Shown here piece by piece: positions 48,281-64,000 of a stretch of DNA of 64,000 bases. The notes under the pieces are model-generated. The model was given only the letters and a program-made list of their open reading frames with translations, had not been told where the DNA came from and did not search any database. Each line of letters begins with the position of its first letter. The stretch's first letter is position 1. The translations under genes and the position numbers were made by a program. The DNA is taken from contig NW_015173676.1 in NCBI RefSeq assembly GCF_001447785.1, positions 1,227,483-1,291,482 of the forward strand, written 5' to 3'. The DNA comes from Gekko japonicus. Lineage: Eukaryota.

Positions 48281-50474
48281 ATCTATCAGACTTTAAAAAT
48301 CTACATCTGGGAGAGTCACAGTATGGGAGACACATCACAATTATTGCTATGAACAATAAGGGACGGTAATGGCAGTTGCCATACTTGACATAAGAAGGAA
48401 GGACAGACATGGAACCATGCATTAAATAGTGGAACACTGGTGCAGGGGAGGGAGGGAAAGACTGAGTGCTGAAGTCTTAGGACAAAAGTACCACCCTGGC
48501 ACTGGAGCCATCTGTCCTCCCTCTGTCTGCTCATGATGCAGACATTTGGCACTTAATCACTGGCCACTGTGCCAATAGCACCGGCTGGCCACTGTGCCAA
48601 TAGCGCTGGCTACAACAGTTACCACATGGGAAGGAAACCAGATGTGCCCTTGCTAATGGCATCATGGCTACACTACAGCCATCGTGCATGATCAAGAGAT
48701 GAGTGGTGCCCCCTACATGCACCATTTGGCACTGCAAGGTGACTTAGTGGCATTGCCACAGGGTACAGAACAGGATAGTAACTACCAGGGCCTCCTGTCC
48801 CCTCCACTCAGCATTTCTAGGGCTAAAGTGCAGGCAGCAACACTGAAATGAAAACACAGGGAAGATGAGGCTGGAAGACAGAACCATTAGTAACATCTAC
48901 CCACCTGAGCCAACACAGGCCTTGCTTTGTGTCAGGTCTTGCAGCCAGACATGGGGCCAATGCCTCTGGCCGACCCCTCCACACCTTGGGCAAGGGGCTG
49001 GCAGTTTCTGCCTCCCCACTAATACTGGAGGAGTGGGACGCATGGAGCCCAGGCCTGCCTGGGGACAGCCTATCAGGAAGGTTGTGCTTTGTTTCTTTTG
49101 TGCTTCTCCCAGGTATGTGGACAGGACATGGCACATCATCTGTTCTTAGCACCATGGTTGGCTCTGCCCCTTCCCCTAAAGGATGGAGCAGGGCTAGGTC
49201 CCAATGGGGTCTTGCCAGTACAGTACCCCTCCAGTCAAGTTCATTGCTCCTCTCAGAGGAGGGGCATAAAACAGTGCTTTAGAAAACCCTTCCTACCCAC
49301 CACAGGGCTCAAGAGTCAGGTCCCCAGGGTCAGTTTCAAGAATAATGGGCTTGGATGAGCACTCAGAAGATGCTGTAGGAGTACTGGTGCATTGGCTTGC
49401 ACATGTTGCCCAGCACATATGATACTGCTCTGGATTTGTATCACGGTCACATGGTGCATATAGATGCTTGGTGTGCATGTATGTGTGCGAGATGGTGCGT
49501 GTTTAAAAACTAAACATGGGTTCGTAGTTCTGGATGTGTGTGCATGTGAGATTGTATGTGTGCTGCATCCACACATATGCATGCAAACTAGGTTAGGTTA
49601 GATTGAAATACGAGCATGTGCCTGACTTACAATGCTCCCACCTACTCCCTGGGAGGGATGTCTCACCCATGCTGCCCTCCAGTTGTTCATCTGTTAAACC
49701 TATTAAATAGTTTCTAGCAAGAGTATCTCTTTTGCTGGGCACCATGACTAGAAGTGCATATTGATAAGGATGGGGGAGCTACCTCACCTGTTTGAGAAAT
49801 AAGATAGGTGAAGAAGCTGGGAAGGTATGTGCAGTTGTGGGTGATGAGCAGTCTTCAATGCATCTTCTGGAAGAACTCACACATGGGACAACAACTGCCT
49901 AGCCCAAGGCCAAGCTTTGCCAAGAATGTCGGGATTACATTTACAGCTACTGCCCAAACCTCTTGCCCTATCCCCCCCCCCCCAGTTTCCCATTCATTTC
50001 TCTTGGGGCCAGTCCCCATGGCCCTGATCCAGGGCAGTAAGGGGCATGCTGTCCCCAATGGATTCCAGATCCCCTGGGCCTAGGTGCAGCTGCCAGAAAC
50101 CACCCCAAAAGGGGCTGCTGACCCACTGCGGCACCAGCCTACCCTCCTCCTGGTACCCTTTTAAGGCATCCCAACTATTCAGCCAGTACACACCCTCCCC
50201 CTTTCTGACCCCTGGTCCTGGCTGTGAATTGGGGCCCTCTGAACATTACTGTAAACATGAAGGTTACAAGATGGCACAGGGGCACTAATGAGGTGGGTGG
50301 GGTGGGAATGCACAGCCACCCCTCCAGAGTCCGGCACAGCCTGGGAGCCAGGGCTCCCCCACCCAGTGGGGGGCGCTGTAGTGTATCTGAGCAGAGTAGG
50401 GTTCGGAGGACCAGGGCAGATGGGAAAAGGGGAGGCGCAAGGAGGGCTCCCTGCCCTGCCTCCCAGGCTAAGGT

Positions 50475-61312
<10,838 letters not shown>

Positions 61313-62450
61313 CTGCCAAAAGAGGACAGTCAATGACTGCGACGAGGCAGGGGGAGCCTCAACACCGGCGCTCCGGGCCTCTGGTTCTCCTCTGCTGCGT
61401 TTCTAGGCGAGCGTCCCCCGCCGAACTCGCACCGTGAAGGCGTGGGGGGGGGGGGGGGGGGGCTAAAAAAAGACGGCGGCAGCCAGATACCCAAATACTT
61501 ATCATCACGCTCACATCCAGAGCCCGGCGGGACATTTCCCCTTCTGCTGCCCTAAGAAGTCATATTCCTTCCCCAGCGGGAGAACAATCAAGCAAGGGCG
61601 GGGCTTTTGATTGTGCTGATGGAGCCGCTACCCCCTGCCCGCCAGGATGAATGGTCCTGGGTCAGGCTGCAAGGAGCTGGCGGCTGCAACACATACAAAG
61701 CAGGGATGAGAAGAGTCAGCACAAAGGCGCTTCTGTTCTCCCTTCAGTGCCTGCACATCGATCTGGCCCAAGAACATCCAGGCATGAGGAACAGATCCCC
61801 CACCACCACCGCTGCCACCACAGCACAGAATATCAGAGCACTGGGTGGATCAGACCACCTAATCTAGTCTCCTATTTCCAGGAGTGGCAAAATGGGAAGG
61901 CCTGAAGCAGGGCGGGAAGGCCATCACCCGCCCAAGCACTTGGCGTTTGGGGGCACCCTGACCCTGGACAGTTATTTACTTGTTAGGCTTATGAATTTTC
62001 CGTCCACAAGGAAGTTCCACTTGATTAAGAGTCAGTGATAATGCCTATCTTCTATAATGGCAATTTGCTTGCCATTTTGAAATCTTCATAGCCACTGACC
62101 ATCACCATGTGTTGCTGCAAAAGCTAAGGATTCATTGCGTGAAGGAAGAACAGATGAACACCTGGGCAAACAGGGACTTTTGGAATTTTCCTTCAGCTCT
62201 TGGAAAGGAATACAAAACATGTTTTCTGTCCACTTACAGTGAAATACTAAACAATTACACTGTTCAATGTCCATTTGAAGTTAAGGGGCTTAGAAAGGTG
62301 TAACCCTGTTTAGGATCGCACTGTATGGAGGCGTACTTACCTTCTTAATGTATTTATTTTAATCACCTTTTGTACTCATAGTCAAGGTAGTGGAAATGAT
62401 TTTTTTGGTCCTTTCAACAAATTATTTATGTGGTGGCAATTCTAATCTAT

Positions 62451-62951
62451 GGCTGCGGTCACACGGATCATTAGCCATGCTACAGAGATGGAAGATAGGC
62501 GGATTTTCCGGGCGCGATCACACCGCCACATCTGGGAAGCATAGAGCTCCCGTGGCTCACCTGAGGCTTCCCGCCAAAGATGCGGGGTAAAAAACTAGTA
62601 CCTCCGAGGTACTAGTTTCCAGAAACCGCGGGGCAAGGGCAGGCGTCTGATCGCGTTTCCGGTGGCATCCAGCGCCCGCCCATGTCCCCTCGCAAAAAGG
62701 TTCCCCCCCCCAAGTCTCCATGGGATGCGCACAAGCACCCAACGGAGCATGCACACACTTTAAAAAAACACAACCCCATTTGCCGCAGCACCCCGCTTCT
62801 TTGCCTGTGGTGTGATCGGCACCTCCCCCCTAACCACGGGACCTCGAGGGACCTCAACAGGACGTCTGATCGCGCAGCCGCACATTATTTTGCTCCAGGG
62901 CAAACAGCCATGCTCCCCCCCCCCCATTTTCCAGCCCGTGTGACCGGAGCC
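62451..62951. mobile_element. PIF/Harbinger-type MITE
   Basis: TIRs GGCTGCGGTCACACG / CGTGTGACCGGAGCC (14 of 15) with a 3-bp TSD TAT on both sides and a CpG-rich interior. Confidence 0.8.
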
Positions 62952-64000
62952 TATTTTATTCAGATCTAATCTAATAAAGTTATAGTAGTCACTATGTGGA
63001 AACAGGTTGTTAACAATTAATTTGAATTTAAAGGGCATGCTCTTTTGCTTTGTTGCTCATCATACATTGTCAATGAAGACAGAAAATGAGTGGAGCTGTC
63101 AGTATTTCACAGAACAGTGAGAGAAGTAGGAGAAAACTAATGTTAAATTTACTGCACCACAGAAGGGGCACGGAATAGATCCTGGCAGTTCCCTTCTATT
63201 TCCTCACCCATGAGACAAGAGCAGCTAGTGAATCTGTAGTGACAGAATGCAGCCAGAAGAGGAAGCCTGACTCCTCATTAATCACAGCAACTCAAAAGGT
63301 CCAGTCTAATGCTGGGCCATGTGGAGAAAACTCAGCTTGGAAAATTGATATCAAGTAATCCAGGCCAACAGCTCTCGATGACAGTTTGCTTGCTACCTAC
63401 CCGCAGTCTGAGAGAGCCAAATGAGGGCCATGTAGATCCAAATTGCCTTTGGAGGAGTATGCTACTTCCAAAACTGATTTAAGGCACCCAGCCCTACACA
63501 GAGCCCAAGCACCAAATAGGATAGGATGCCAACATCAAGCATAATCGCACTCTTTAGAGGGGGAAAATGATGCCTTTGTCCTCCTAGCTCTATCCTGGCA
63601 CTGCTAGTTCCGTGCCCAATGACAACAATAGCAGTGTTCTGATCAAAGGGAAAAGGGATACCTCTCAACAGCATGGCCTGGCTGGCTCATGCGGAACATC
63701 TGCCTCTGCACTGAAGCAGTAATGCCCTGATGGTTGTTGCTCCTACCCTGCCCTTTGCTATTTGTTTTTGTTTTGCATGAGACTTCAGGATCGGTTTTCA
63801 GAATCCTGAGATTTCAGTCCCTAAATCCACTTCCCCATCTTGTTTATAAATCAAACAGAAAAATCAGATGCTAGAGAGGGCTCCTGAATCTCCTCTTTTC
63901 TATCCTTCTCTTATAACTGATCAGAATAATTAGCAGAATTATTGCAGTGAATGGAATGTGGGGGGGAGTGACTTATGAACTCAGGATTGTGAACAGGGAG

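Noticed and set aside
62335-62380. Strong minus-strand donor AAG|GTAAGT at 62341/62340 with a nearby ATG, as a candidate GlyT1 first exon
   Set aside because: The ATG frame stops after 6 codons and does not resemble the known GlyT1a/1b N-termini.

Overview
Vertebrate nuclear DNA. The repeat content (Sauria SINE, Squam-type SINEs, L2, CR1) points to a squamate, probably a gecko. The window carries the B4GALT2(+) - CCDC24(+) - SLC6A9/GlyT1(-) block known from mammals, and all three genes could be spliced by hand at GT-AG sites in phase; the SLC6A9 N-terminal exon(s) were not found and probably lie beyond the right edge. The main surprise is an intact 3-coding-exon gene on the minus strand between B4GALT2 and CCDC24 (29520-34767). 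It encodes a predicted secreted protein of about 210 aa with 26 Cys and Brorin-family (VWC2/VWC2L) architecture. It appears to be a third paralogue, at a position where I know of no human gene, and it shares a CpG island head-to-head with CCDC24. Introns hold many transposons: a 3.4-kb hAT/Charlie element with a nested Helitron, hAT and Harbinger-type MITEs with intact TSDs, LINE fragments and fold-back palindromes. There are three assembly gaps. Repeat family names come from recalled consensus sequences, not from searches.
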